Of a stretch of 64,000 bases of DNA, positions 27,829-38,613 are shown in pieces. The notes under the pieces are model-generated. The model ran no database searches. It was given only the letters and a program-made list of their open reading frames with translations, and was not told where the DNA came from. The stretch lies in the NCBI GenBank assembly GCA_045595165.1, contig JAZNZY010000003.1, forward strand, positions 1,374 through 65,373, written 5' to 3'. Position numbers and translations under genes: made by a program. The DNA is from Eubacteriales bacterium (GTDB lineage: Bacteria; Bacillota; Clostridia; Oscillospirales; CAG-382). Every line of letters starts with the position of its first letter. Position 1 is the first letter of the stretch.

Positions 27829-30570
27829 ATGTCTTTTCTTTCTTCCCTCTTTCCGTCCTACAGCCAACGGCAAATAAAGAAGCTTAACGTTATTGCAGAT
27901 AAAGTTGATGCTCTTGCAGACAAATATTCTGTTATGAGCGATGCAGAGCTGAAATCGCAAACAGATATATTCCGCACCCGTCTTGCCGGCGGTGAAACTA
28001 CAGACGATATTTTGCCCGAAGCCTTTGCGGTGGTTCGCGAGGTAGCAGACCGTGTGCTTGGCAAGCGTCCCTTCCGCGTGCAGATACTTGCGGGTATCGT
28101 CTTGCATCAGGGCAGAATTGCGGAAATGAAGACGGGTGAAGGTAAGACCCTTATGGCAACCCTTCCCGCATACCTTAACGCTCTTGAGGGCAAGGGTGTA
28201 CACGTTGTTACCGTTAACGATTACCTTGCTAAGCGTGACAGCGAATGGAACGGAAACATATTCCGTTTTCTCGGTCTGTCCGTTGGACTTATCGTAAACG
28301 GACTTAACGCCCAGCAGCGTAAGGAAGCTTATGCCTGCGATATTACCTACGGCACCAATAATGAATTGGGCTTTGATTATCTTCGTGATAATATGGTGGT
28401 ATACAAGAGAAACCAGGTGCAGAGAGGACATCATTTCGCTATCGTGGACGAGGTGGACTCCATACTTATCGACGAAGCCCGTACTCCTCTGATCATCTCC
28501 GGTGCAGGCGAGAAAAGCTCGGATATGTACGAAAAGGCAGACAGATTTGTCCGCCGTCTTAAATGTTTGCGTATAAAGGAAAACGATTCCAAAAAATCCG
28601 ATGAGGACTTGGAAGAGGATTATATCGTTGACGAAAAAGCCCGCAACGCCGTGCTTACGGGCAACGGTATAAGAAAAGCGGAGGAATATTTCGGTATAGC
28701 TAATTTCGGCGATTACGAAAATACAGATCTCGTTCACTATATAAACAACGCTATCCGCGCCCACGGCGTTATGCAGTGCGACGTGGACTATATCGTGCGT
28801 GACGGAGAAGTGCTTATTATAGACTCCTTTACGGGACGTATTATGCCCGGCAGACGTTATTCCAACGGCTTGCATCAGGCGATAGAAGCCAAGGAAGGCG
28901 TAACTGTGGAAAAGGAAAATATGACACAGGCTACCATCACCTTCCAGAATTACTTCAGAATGTATAAAAAGCTTTCCGGTATGACGGGTACTGCCCTTAC
29001 CGAGGAAGAGGAATTCAGAGGAATATACAGCCTTGACGTTGTGGAGATACCCACCAACCGTCCTATGATACGTAAGGATCACAACGATGTAATGTATACT
29101 ACCTTAAACGGCAAATACCGTGCAATTATTCAGCAGGTATTGGAGTGCAACAAAAAGGGACAGCCCGTGCTTGTGGGTACGTCGTCTATTGAAAAAAGTG
29201 AATTCTTATCAAAGGTGCTTTCCAAAAACGGTATAAAGCACAACGTTCTAAATGCGAAAAATCACGAAAAAGAAGCGGAGATAATCGCGCAGGCGGGCAA
29301 GTTCGGCGCCGTAACCATCGCTACCAATATGGCGGGAAGAGGTACGGATATTATGCTGGGCGGTAACTCGGAATATCTGGCAAAAGCCCAGATGCGTTCT
29401 GAGGGATTTACCGAAGAGCAGATATTTGAATCCACCGAATTCGGTGCAACGGACGACGAGGGTATCCTTGCGGCACGCGCACGCTTTAAGGAGATCGAAA
29501 CAGAAAAGCGTGTGGTTACCGATGAGGAGAAATTGCGCGTTCTCGAAGCGGGCGGATTGTTTATTCTTGGTACTGAGCGACATGAGAGCCGCCGTATCGA
29601 TAACCAGCTCCGCGGCCGTTCGGGAAGACAGGGCGACCCCGGTGAAAGCCGTTTCTTCCTCTCTATGCAGGACGATCTTATGCGTCTGTTCGGCGGGGAC
29701 AGAATTCAGGCGATCGCCGCAAATATTCCCGATGATCAGCCTATTGACCTGAAGCTTCTTTCCAATAGCGTTGAAACAGCCCAAAAGCGTCTTGAGGGCA
29801 ACAACTACGAGCGCCGTAAAAATGTGCTTCAGTATGATGACGTTATGAACCGTCAGCGTGAGCTTATTTACAAGCAGCGTAATGACGTGCTTGAGAATAA
29901 AGACCTTAAAAACACTATTTGGAAGATGGTGGAAGAATACGTTTACGGCGGAGTGGATGCATTTACAAACGCTGACGATGCTTCGGGATGGAACTTTGAA
30001 GGCTTGCGTGCCCACTTTATGGGTGTGCTTTGCGGTGAAAACGATTTCCGCTATACCGAAGAAGAGCTGAAAAAGCTTGAAAAGGACGATATTTCCGCCC
30101 TTCTTATTGACCGCGCGGAAAAGAGATACGAAATGCAGGAGCAGATCTTTACTCCCGAGGTATTCCGTGAGGTGGAACGCAGAGAACTGCTTATGCGTGT
30201 TGATAAAAACTGGGTAGTTCATATTGATGCAATGGACGATCTTATTTCCAGCGTGGGACTTAACGCATACGCTCAAAGAGATCCCGTTACTCAGTATAAA
30301 ATTCAGGGAAGCGAAATGTTTGATGAAATGATCGCTACCATCCGCGAGGAAACGGTACGCGGTATCCTCACCGTTGCTCCCAGAAGAGTTGTGGAGCGCA
30401 AGCAGGTGCTTGTAGACGGCACGGCAGGTCTTAAAGGGGACAAAGCCGTTAACCGCACCGTTAAAAAAGCGCCCGAAAAAGCAGGCCCCAACGATCCCTG
30501 CCCTTGCGGAAGCGGCAAAAAGTACAAAAAGTGCTGCGGCTCTCCCGCAAACGCTTCCAAGGGTGAATAA
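27829..30570 (+). CDS. secA: Preprotein translocase ATPase SecA
   Basis: MKTGEGKT, DEVDSILIDEARTPL, ATNMAGRGTDI, QLRGRSGRQGDPG, SEC-C motif. Confidence 0.99.
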   Translation: MSFLSSLFPSYSQRQIKKLNVIADKVDALADKYSVMSDAELKSQTDIFRTRLAGGETTDDILPEAFAVVREVADRVLGKRPFRVQILAGIVLHQGRIAEMKTGEGKTLMATLPAYLNALEGKGVHVVTVNDYLAKRDSEWNGNIFRFLGLSVGLIVNGLNAQQRKEAYACDITYGTNNELGFDYLRDNMVVYKRNQVQRGHHFAIVDEVDSILIDEARTPLIISGAGEKSSDMYEKADRFVRRLKCLRIKENDSKKSDEDLEEDYIVDEKARNAVLTGNGIRKAEEYFGIANFGDYENTDLVHYINNAIRAHGVMQCDVDYIVRDGEVLIIDSFTGRIMPGRRYSNGLHQAIEAKEGVTVEKENMTQATITFQNYFRMYKKLSGMTGTALTEEEEFRGIYSLDVVEIPTNRPMIRKDHNDVMYTTLNGKYRAIIQQVLECNKKGQPVLVGTSSIEKSEFLSKVLSKNGIKHNVLNAKNHEKEAEIIAQAGKFGAVTIATNMAGRGTDIMLGGNSEYLAKAQMRSEGFTEEQIFESTEFGATDDEGILAARARFKEIETEKRVVTDEEKLRVLEAGGLFILGTERHESRRIDNQLRGRSGRQGDPGESRFFLSMQDDLMRLFGGDRIQAIAANIPDDQPIDLKLLSNSVETAQKRLEGNNYERRKNVLQYDDVMNRQRELIYKQRNDVLENKDLKNTIWKMVEEYVYGGVDAFTNADDASGWNFEGLRAHFMGVLCGENDFRYTEEELKKLEKDDISALLIDRAEKRYEMQEQIFTPEVFREVERRELLMRVDKNWVVHIDAMDDLISSVGLNAYAQRDPVTQYKIQGSEMFDEMIATIREETVRGILTVAPRRVVERKQVLVDGTAGLKGDKAVNRTVKKAPEKAGPNDPCPCGSGKKYKKCCGSPANASKGE

Positions 30571-30572
30571 TA

Positions 30573-31124
30573 ATGGGCTTTGGATTAATACTTGTAGGTC
30601 TGGCGCTTCTCGTGGGTGTTGAAGCAGGCTTTGGCGTGGTGGGATATATCCTCATTTTCGTCGGCTGCAGAAAGCTTTCCCGCATTCACGATGATTTCAA
30701 TATCTGCGCCGTACTTGCGTTACTTAACGTGCCCTATTCTCTGGCATCCGCTTTAACCCTTTTCAAGGTTTTGCCTCAGGGAAACATTGTTGTAAACAGT
30801 CTTAACGTAATGCATTTTGTCTTTTCTGCGGCAATGTTCTGGTATTTTTGTATGCGCATACGCTCTATAGCCTTATCGGGGGATGACGAAAAATTAGCCT
30901 CCTCCGCTTTGCGCAACGGGCTTATGTCGGTTATGTATTATTTCTGGACATTTTTGGTGCTCATATTACCCTTTATACGAAATACGGTTATGGTAGGTAT
31001 ACTCGCTTTGTTCAAATACCTGCTTATCGTCTGCGGAATTCTGTTTTTACTTTCCTGCGGCGCAAAAATAACCACGCCTTCCCAAATGGCGAAGGAGAAC
31101 AGAGATAAAGCCAAAAACGTTTAA
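30573..31124 (+). CDS. Hypothetical membrane protein
   Basis: Multi-TM ORF in the secA operon. Confidence 0.7.
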   Translation: MGFGLILVGLALLVGVEAGFGVVGYILIFVGCRKLSRIHDDFNICAVLALLNVPYSLASALTLFKVLPQGNIVVNSLNVMHFVFSAAMFWYFCMRIRSIALSGDDEKLASSALRNGLMSVMYYFWTFLVLILPFIRNTVMVGILALFKYLLIVCGILFLLSCGAKITTPSQMAKENRDKAKNV

Positions 31125-31139
31125 AAAAGGAGAATTAAA

Positions 31140-32450
31140 ATGGCAAAAAACAAATCTTTACCGTTTTTCTTTTCGCCTCTTGCGGCGGTAGGAATAGTTT
31201 TTCTTGCCAATCCCATATTCGGAATAGTTGACATTTTGCCGGATGCGTTGGGTTGTCTGTGTCTGTGGCTTGCCCTTACCGAGCTTTCGTATATCGACAG
31301 CCGTATAGACACTGCCCGAAGCCGCCTTTTACTCCTTGCGGGGATAGAAGGAATAAAGCTTGTTTTAACTCCCACGCTGTATAAAAGCGTAGTGTCATCG
31401 GACACCTTGGCGGCAACGGCGTTTTTCGGCGTTATAGAAGGACTGTTGCTCATATTGGCTTTCAACAATCTTTACGAAGGACTTTCTTATTCCGTTTCCC
31501 GTCGGGGAGATGGAAAAAGTCTTAACGTGTTTGAGGGCGCAAAGGCGCTGTGCTTCGTTTTCGTGGTGCTCAGGGTGCTTATGAATATCGTTCCCGAATG
31601 CGCCGCGCTTTTTGAGCTTGCGGCTCACAGCGATATTACCAATGCGGAATTGTTCTACAGCATTGCGGGACTAAAAAATTATTTCCACCTGCTTAACGGA
31701 TTTATAGTTATCATTATGGGCGTATGGTGGAGCATAAGTGCTTGCGGAATGTTTAAAAAGCTTCGGAGGGACAGCGCATTTACACAGTCCCTTGCTATTT
31801 CCTACGGGGAAGGCTATTCCGCCAATCTTCGGGTAAAGACCTCTTCCTGGTTCAGAACTGCCGCCCGTATAGTTATGGTTGCACTTGTATTCTTTTTCAA
31901 TTTCGATCTGGGATACCGCAGTATGCTGCCGAATTTTGTGGGAACAGCATTTCTTTTGGCAGGAGTCGCCGTGTTGGGATACCCTCTCAAAAAACAGCTA
32001 TACAAGCGTTTTTCCCTGCCTGTTATTATATACGCCTTTGCCGTTCAGATAGGTGCGTACATATACCGCGCTTTGAATGTGGATCTTACCATCGAATTTT
32101 TCACACAGCTCAATTGGGTGGACGTTACTGTGTGCGGAGTTATCGGACTGGCGGAATTTATATCGTTTATACTGCTGGCGAGAATGTGCGAAAAAATATT
32201 TACCGAATACGTAAACGGTATCTGCGGTGAAAAGACGGCAGGTCTTATGTATTCCGTAAAGATCGCCGTATACGCTTCGGGCTTTATATATTGGGTGGGC
32301 TACACCCTGCCTCTGTTAAGAGGATATCTTGTTTTACCTCAGATCGTTGCACTTATCGCCATCGGCGCAATTATAAACGCAAACGTGAATTTTGTTCGCG
32401 GATGCGTAGAAAATCCGGAGGAAAATGTAAATCTATGTGCGGATTTATAG
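31140..32450 (+). CDS. Hypothetical polytopic membrane protein
   Basis: DILPDALG motif, many TM helices, AAGGAG RBS. Confidence 0.7.
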   Translation: MAKNKSLPFFFSPLAAVGIVFLANPIFGIVDILPDALGCLCLWLALTELSYIDSRIDTARSRLLLLAGIEGIKLVLTPTLYKSVVSSDTLAATAFFGVIEGLLLILAFNNLYEGLSYSVSRRGDGKSLNVFEGAKALCFVFVVLRVLMNIVPECAALFELAAHSDITNAELFYSIAGLKNYFHLLNGFIVIIMGVWWSISACGMFKKLRRDSAFTQSLAISYGEGYSANLRVKTSSWFRTAARIVMVALVFFFNFDLGYRSMLPNFVGTAFLLAGVAVLGYPLKKQLYKRFSLPVIIYAFAVQIGAYIYRALNVDLTIEFFTQLNWVDVTVCGVIGLAEFISFILLARMCEKIFTEYVNGICGEKTAGLMYSVKIAVYASGFIYWVGYTLPLLRGYLVLPQIVALIAIGAIINANVNFVRGCVENPEENVNLCADL

Positions 32451-34321
32451 GAATTTTAAATAACAACGGTATTACCGAAAGAGATATAGCGGACACAAAG
32501 GCGATGTCCCACGTTATAAGGCACAGGGGTCCCGATCTTGACAAAGGTTATACGGGGGACAAGGTGTGCTTCGGCTTCCGCCGTCTTTCCATAATCGATC
32601 TTGAGGGCGGAACACAGCCTTACGTTTCTCCCGACGGACGCTATTCCTGCGTCTACAACGGCGAGGTATATAATTATCTTGAACTCCGTAACGAGCTTCT
32701 TGCCAAGGGTGAAAAGTTTGAATCCAATTCCGAAATAGAAGTAATGGTCCGTCTGTACTCTTTGTACGGGGAAAGCTTTATATCCCGCCTCCGCGGTATG
32801 TTCGCTTTTCTTATATACGATAAAGAAACGGGCACTCTAATGGCGGGAAGAGATCCTTTCGGTATAAAGCCCCTGTACTTCCGCGTGGAAAAGGAACGCA
32901 CCGTGTTCGCCAGCGAGATGAAGGCGTTTTTCGCAGACAGCGAGTACGAGGGCTTTTCCGTGGACAGCACCCTCCTGCAGCATTATTTCTCCTTCCAGTT
33001 TGTGCCCGAGCCCGATACCGTGGGAGGGGATATAAAGAGCGTGCCCAAGGGCTCATATATGCTGGTGAAGGGTGATACGAGAGAAACCTTTTCTTACTGG
33101 AAGCCCGTTTTTGCTCCTGACCGTACAGGTACTTACGATACCCGAAAAAAGGCTCTTCGTGAAGCCGTAGAAAGCTCGGTTCAGTATCATATGCTGGCAG
33201 ACGTTCCCGTGGGAAGCTTTCTCTCCTCTGGCGTGGATTCCGCCATTATCACCGCAGTTGCTTCCAAGCTTCAGCCGGGTATAAAAGCGTTCACCGTGGG
33301 ATTTGACGTAAAAGGCTTTTCCGAAATCGAAGACGCCTGCGAAATTTCCGCACATCTTGATATAGACCATATTACTCTCCGCGCAACGGTGGAGGATTTT
33401 AAAGAAGCCTTTGAAAAAACCATATATCATCTGGATTCTCCCGTAGCAGACCCTTCCGTTGTGGCGATCTATCTGATCTCCCGTGAAGCGTCCAGGCACG
33501 TAAAAACTATTCTTTCGGGCGAGGGAAGTGATGAATTGTTCGGCGGCTACCGTCAGTACGCCACCGCCGCGCCCAGCGCGCGAATGAACTCTCTGCCCGG
33601 ATTTATTAAGAGCTTTCTTTTGTTTATTGCAAATATGATGCCCGACGGAATGAAGGGCAAGGGTTATATCACCCGCGGCTGTGTTCCTATCGAAAAACGC
33701 TTCGTAGGCGGCTCGTTTATATTTACCGAGCAGCAAAAATCAAAGTTTTTGCGCACATTTGATAAAGACGTTCACTTTACCCAGCGCACCGCGCCTATCT
33801 TTGAATCCGCAGTGGGCTACACACCGCTTCAAAAAATGCAGCATTGCGATCTTAATTGCTGGCTTCCTTCGGATATCCTTGTAAAAGGGGACAGGCTTTC
33901 TATGGCGCACTCCCTTGAAGCCCGCGTTCCTTTTCTGGATAAAGAGGTGTTCAAGGCGGCAAGATGTCTGCTGGACAGCGATAAGATCTCCCACGGCACC
34001 ACAAAGTATATCTTAAGAGATACTTTTTCCGATCTGCTTAACAGCGAAACGGTGGTCCGTCCCAAGAAGGGATATCCCGTTCCCGTAAGAATATGGCTTA
34101 AGGACGAATTGTTTGATTGGGCAAAGAATATTCTTGCAAACAACCCCGCGCCTCAGTTTATAGACGAACGGTACGTTATCGATCTGCTTGAAAAGCACGC
34201 TTCCGGCAAGGGGGATTATTACCGTCAGATATGGGCGGTCATAGCCTTTATGACATGGTACCGCCTTTACGTTACCGAGGCGGATATCACCCGTAATAAG
34301 ATCGTTGCGGGCGAGTTTTAA
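32435..34321 (+). CDS. asnB: Asparagine synthase (glutamine-hydrolysing)
   Basis: N-terminal MCG, HRGPD, YNGEVYN, LSSGVDS, SGEGSDELFGGY, LEARVPFLD. Confidence 0.95.
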   Translation: MCGFIGILNNNGITERDIADTKAMSHVIRHRGPDLDKGYTGDKVCFGFRRLSIIDLEGGTQPYVSPDGRYSCVYNGEVYNYLELRNELLAKGEKFESNSEIEVMVRLYSLYGESFISRLRGMFAFLIYDKETGTLMAGRDPFGIKPLYFRVEKERTVFASEMKAFFADSEYEGFSVDSTLLQHYFSFQFVPEPDTVGGDIKSVPKGSYMLVKGDTRETFSYWKPVFAPDRTGTYDTRKKALREAVESSVQYHMLADVPVGSFLSSGVDSAIITAVASKLQPGIKAFTVGFDVKGFSEIEDACEISAHLDIDHITLRATVEDFKEAFEKTIYHLDSPVADPSVVAIYLISREASRHVKTILSGEGSDELFGGYRQYATAAPSARMNSLPGFIKSFLLFIANMMPDGMKGKGYITRGCVPIEKRFVGGSFIFTEQQKSKFLRTFDKDVHFTQRTAPIFESAVGYTPLQKMQHCDLNCWLPSDILVKGDRLSMAHSLEARVPFLDKEVFKAARCLLDSDKISHGTTKYILRDTFSDLLNSETVVRPKKGYPVPVRIWLKDELFDWAKNILANNPAPQFIDERYVIDLLEKHASGKGDYYRQIWAVIAFMTWYRLYVTEADITRNKIVAGEF

Positions 34322-34338
34322 AAAATAAATAAAAAAAT

Positions 34339-34381
34339 AACGGCTTTTTCCTTTTAAAATAAGGATAAAGCCGTTTTTTTG
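34339..34381 (+). terminator. Intrinsic terminator after asnB
   Basis: AACGGCTTT.TCCTT...AAGGA.AAAGCCGTT followed by T-tract. Confidence 0.7.
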
Positions 34382-34382
34382 T

Positions 34383-34420
34383 CGGGGTCCCGAAGAAGTC
34401 GCAGACTTCTTGGGGTGATT
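34383..34420 (-). repeat. Hairpin repeat family, short copy 3
   Basis: Reverse complement AATCACCCCAAGAAGTCTGCGACTTCTTCGGGACCCCG. Confidence 0.85.
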
Positions 34421-34504
34421 TGGGATTATTATGTATCAACGCTCCCTTTTTTGGACAAAATACGCATATACAATGTAGTATTATATGTTCGGGAGGTAAA
34501 GTAT

Positions 34505-34825
34505 ATGCATATTGATTACAAATTAAGAGGAACCACACTCACTGCATCGCTTCACGGAGAAATAGATCATCACACCGCGGCGATAGCCCGTTCGGAGATC
34601 GATATGGAAATAGACCGTGTAAAAGCCACGGGGCTGAATCTTGATCTTTCGGATATTTCCTTTTGCGATTCATCGGGACTTGGTCTGGTGATGGGTAGGC
34701 TTAAAAAAATGAAAGCGGGCGGCGGAAGTGCTGTAGTGGTAAATCCGTCGGAACGGGTGGAAAAGGTATTGCATCTGGCAGGAATAGACACACTTATGCC
34801 CATAAAAAAGGAGGAAAGAAAATGA
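34505..34825 (+). CDS. spoIIAA: Anti-sigma F factor antagonist
   Basis: GEIDHH, FCDSSGLG STAS motif; operon context. Confidence 0.93.
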   Translation: MHIDYKLRGTTLTASLHGEIDHHTAAIARSEIDMEIDRVKATGLNLDLSDISFCDSSGLGLVMGRLKKMKAGGGSAVVVNPSERVEKVLHLAGIDTLMPIKKEERK

Positions 34826-35271
34826 GTAAATCTCCCCTTAATCGTTTTAAGGCGGAATTTCCCGCCAAAAGTATTAACGAAGGCTATGCCAGAATGGTGG
34901 CGGCGGCTTTCGTTTCCCAGCTTGATCCCACTGTTGCGGATCTTGCGGATATAAAAACAGCGGTAAGCGAGGCGGTTACAAACTGTATCGTCCACGCATA
35001 CCGTGATAAAACGGATTATTGCCCCATCTACATAACGGGAGCATATTATGCTGACGGAAAAACAGTTATCACCGTCCGTGATAAGGGTTGTGGCATAGAG
35101 GATATATCCAAAGCGGTAACCCCTTTATATACCACGGACCCCGGGGGCGAGCGAAGCGGAATGGGTTTTACCATTATGGAAAGCTTTTGCGATAAAATGA
35201 CAGTTTCCTCCCGTGTGGGGAAGGGTACTACGGTTCGGTTGGTGAAGAAAATTGTTCGTCCGCAGTCCTGA
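34822..35271 (+). CDS. spoIIAB: Anti-sigma F factor
   Basis: KTAVSEAVTNCIVHAY, ERSGMGFTIMESF. Confidence 0.96.
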   Translation: MSKSPLNRFKAEFPAKSINEGYARMVAAAFVSQLDPTVADLADIKTAVSEAVTNCIVHAYRDKTDYCPIYITGAYYADGKTVITVRDKGCGIEDISKAVTPLYTTDPGGERSGMGFTIMESFCDKMTVSSRVGKGTTVRLVKKIVRPQS

Positions 35272-35956
35272 TACTCCGTCACTCATAGCCTCCGCACAGC
35301 AGGGGGACAAGGAAGCGTTGGATATTCTTGTAAAAGAGAATATGGGCTTGGTAAAATCTATTGCTTTTCGCTTCCGCGACCGTGCCGAAATCGATGATCT
35401 TATTCAGCTGGGCGTAATAGGGCTTATAAAGGCGATACGGGGCTTTTCTTTTGAACGTGAAACCGTTTTGTCTACCTATGCTGTTCCTTTGATCACGGGG
35501 GAAATAAAGCGTTTTTTAAGGGATGACGGTACCGTTAAGGTTTCCCGAGAACTGAAAAAACGAGGAAGAACAGTACTTAAAGCGAGGGAATATATAATTT
35601 CCGAAACAGGCAGTGAGCCTACCTTAAAATATCTGGCAGAGTATTGCGGTCTTTCCGAAGAGCAGACCTTGGAAGCACTGGATTGCGCTTTGCCCATACT
35701 ATCCTTTTCCTCCCCCGTGGGGGACAAAACGGTGGAGGAATATGTGGGGGAAGACTGTATGGCACCGCTAACGGAAAGCATTGCTCTTACCCAAGCGATA
35801 GGTGCCCTTCCCGAGGAAGAACGGGTTTTGGTGGAATGCCGCTTTTACCGCGGTCTTTCCCAACAGCAAACGGGTGTCATTCTGGGCTGTACCCAGGTGA
35901 AAATATCCCGTATGGAAAAAAGAGTAATAGAAAAATTAAGACAGCAGTTAAAATGA
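35252..35956 (+). CDS. sigF: Sporulation sigma factor F
   Basis: NMGLV, DDLIQLG.IGL, STYAVPLI.GEIKRFLRDDG, QVKISR.EK; follows spoIIAB. Confidence 0.9.
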   Translation: MFVRSPDTPSLIASAQQGDKEALDILVKENMGLVKSIAFRFRDRAEIDDLIQLGVIGLIKAIRGFSFERETVLSTYAVPLITGEIKRFLRDDGTVKVSRELKKRGRTVLKAREYIISETGSEPTLKYLAEYCGLSEEQTLEALDCALPILSFSSPVGDKTVEEYVGEDCMAPLTESIALTQAIGALPEEERVLVECRFYRGLSQQQTGVILGCTQVKISRMEKRVIEKLRQQLK

Positions 35957-35982
35957 AAAAGCAAGGCGCGCCCTTGCTTTTT
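35956..35982 (+). terminator. Terminator of the spoIIA operon
   Basis: AAAAAGCAAGG-CGCGC-CCTTGCTTTTT. Confidence 0.8.
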
Positions 35983-36107
35983 GTTACATTTTCACAAACT
36001 TTTAAAAAACGTAAAAATTTTATAGATGTTTTTGCTTTTTCAGTCACTATATAATAAGAAGAGGAAATCAATGCAACTGTAAACGCATATGCGCCCACGT
36101 CAAATTG

Positions 36108-36168
36108 CACAAATTTGCACTTGTTCACAAAATATTTATAGACTTTTTGCCCATATTATGGTAATATG
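36108..36168 (+). promoter_or_regulatory. Promoter sharing a motif with 5987-6045
   Basis: TTCACA-5 nt-TTTATA overlapping TAGACT-17 nt-TAATAT. Confidence 0.6.
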
Positions 36169-36280
36169 TATATGACAAGTTAAACAGGTTAAAGGACGCG
36201 TTGAAAGGAGGTAATATTCAAGTCGTCCAATGCCGTAAAATCACCCACTACAACAAAATAAAGAAAGGATAATTACAACC

Positions 36281-38599
36281 ATGAAAAGACGTTTTACAAA
36301 AGTAACGGCTTTCATCCTTGCCATTACCCTTACTTTACCGTTTACGGTATTTGCTGCAGCGCAGGATGAAAAAGCCTCGAGCGATAGCACCGACATTGCT
36401 TATGAACTTACAGAATTACGAAACGAATTTGAAAAGCACTTCCTTATGTCGGACGGCACGGTAGTTGCCGCCACGTACGCCGAACCGGTCAATTATTATG
36501 ATAAAGCTGAAGGTATGTGGAAGGAAATTGATAACACTCTTACACACAGTAACGGACGCTACCGCAACAAAGGACACGGCGGGTTCGACGTATCATTCCG
36601 AGGAGAAAACACAGGCGGAGATATGGTGGAAATGTCAGACGGCAGCCACACGATATCCTGGACTGTTTCCGTGCAAAACGAACTCGGCAAAAAAGACACG
36701 GTAAAAAGCCGAATTGATGCTTCCGTAAAACAAGAGAGAAGCGATAGCGGAAATAAATTTGCCGCAGACAGGGCAGGTTCGGCAATTAAGTATAATTCCC
36801 CTTTTTCCGGCAACAAGTTAATAAACGTAGATTACACCGTTTCCCAGTATAAGGTTAAAGAGGATATAACCATATATTCCTCCAAAGACGGAAACGCGAT
36901 ACACTACACTTACAACTGCGGGGATCTTACAGCGATTCTCAACCCTGACAACAGTATTGATTTTGTTGACCGGGAAGGCGAACCCGTATATACCGTTCAT
37001 AAACCGTATATGTATGATTCCGCAGGTAACGGTTCATATAATTTCAGCATAACCTTAAAACAACAGGGCGGCGTTTGCACAGTAGTTATGACCCCCGACA
37101 AAGAATGGCTTGACACTGCGGTTTATCCCGTTGTTATCGACCCGACGGTGACTAATAATAAAATTACTACCAATTACGATGACACGTATATTCATTCGGG
37201 TGACAGCGCAGGTGATCACATAAATGAAGAAACTATGACGGTCGGATTACTTGGCGGCGTACAAAACTACGGCTTGTTAAAGTTACACGTATTACCCACC
37301 ATACCTGCCAACGCAACCGTCGCTAAAGCGGAATTGGTGCTCAGGCTGCCCACAGGCTCTACCAGCGGCGGACCGTTTACTTTAAGACAAATAACCACCT
37401 CTTGGTCGGAAAATACAGTTAGCTTCAGCAGCCGGCCTATTGCAACAAAGGCAGTAGATTCTTCTGTTGCCGCAGACTTCGGCGCATTGAAAATAACTTT
37501 TGATATAACCACCCACTACAACGCTGTGTTGGCAGGAACAAGAACCGACTACGGCTTCCAGATAGAGAATACCAACAAATCCTTGAACGACTTCAACTGC
37601 CCATACACAAGTAATTGCGGGGATCTTTCGCAGTTTCCTGTAGTGCAGATACGATACACGCCGACAAACGAAAGCGAATCCAACAACACCTTTGCCACTG
37701 CGGACGAAATAGAGCTTTTACCGCAGCCCGGCATCAAAACTTATATATAGGGTACAAAGGCGAGCGGAACATCGGCAGATTATGACTATTTCAAATTCGT
37801 TGCGCCAAGACACGGCAGAGTAGAAGTTTTTTTAACGGTGTATGGCACCACAGCTTACACTTTGTCGGTATATAACGAAAATCAAAGCCTGAACGACTCG
37901 ACCACTACGGCGCTCCTCACGCATTATTCCGACGGCACCAAAACGATGACAGGCGGTTTGTCGTTTACCGCAACAAAAGACGGAGATTCGAATGGAAATT
38001 TAGACACCTATTACATTCGTGTGTATGCCCCTGCAAGCGCTACCTGTTCTTATCGCTTAATGATAGAATACTCGACTGACTATGCTTCACTCAACTGGCA
38101 GTATCCGCTACCCACCAACTGGGTTGACGTTTCTTCCCCTGCGGGAACACGGCTTTTCAACGGCTCTTATGAATATCACGAAGGAATTGACATTCCGGCA
38201 AACAGCGGCGTTGATGTGCTCGCCGTTGCCGATGCATATGTTTATAGAAGCAGCTGGGATTCCAGTATGGGGAATTACGTAACATTATATACTGCTGTTG
38301 TAGAGAATTTAGCAATCAAAAGCCGATTAGACGTTGACCCTTACGACTCCGAAGCGTCGTTTGTTATAACATATATGCATTTATCGTTGCTTTCTGTTGC
38401 CGAAGGTACCGATGTAACTAAAGAACAAAAAATAGGAGAGGTCGGAACAACCGGCTATTCAACAGGCAATCATTTGCATATAGGTATATTTTCCAGCAGC
38501 ACTTTGCCGAATTATATGACCGCCAATTTGCCTACTGATGTAATTAATCCCTACGACTTTTTCTACGACGATGTTTCTTTCACCGGGACGCCATACTAA
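36281..38599 (+). pseudogene. Secreted wall-associated protein (WapA-like N-terminus, DNRLRE-like domain, PPC-like domain, M23 peptidase) interrupted by one in-frame TAG at 37748-37750
   Basis: ORFs 36281-37750 and 37838-38599 are in the same frame with no other stop; YPVVIDPT motif; E.ESNNT..A...DYDYFKF spans the stop; HEGID and HLH M23 motifs. Confidence 0.75.
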
Positions 38600-38613
38600 G
38601 GAGGTAACTCTAT

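Noticed and set aside
27799-30276. 427-aa and 342-aa minus-strand ORFs
   Set aside because: Antisense shadows of secA.
36071-36082. RBS-like sequence followed by ATG CAA CTG TAA
   Set aside because: A three-codon ORF; might be a gene remnant but there is no supporting evidence.
37748-37750. Genome-wide TAG reassignment
   Set aside because: Several genes (e.g. those ending at 6169, 11417 and 14463) terminate at TAG directly before terminators or the next gene.
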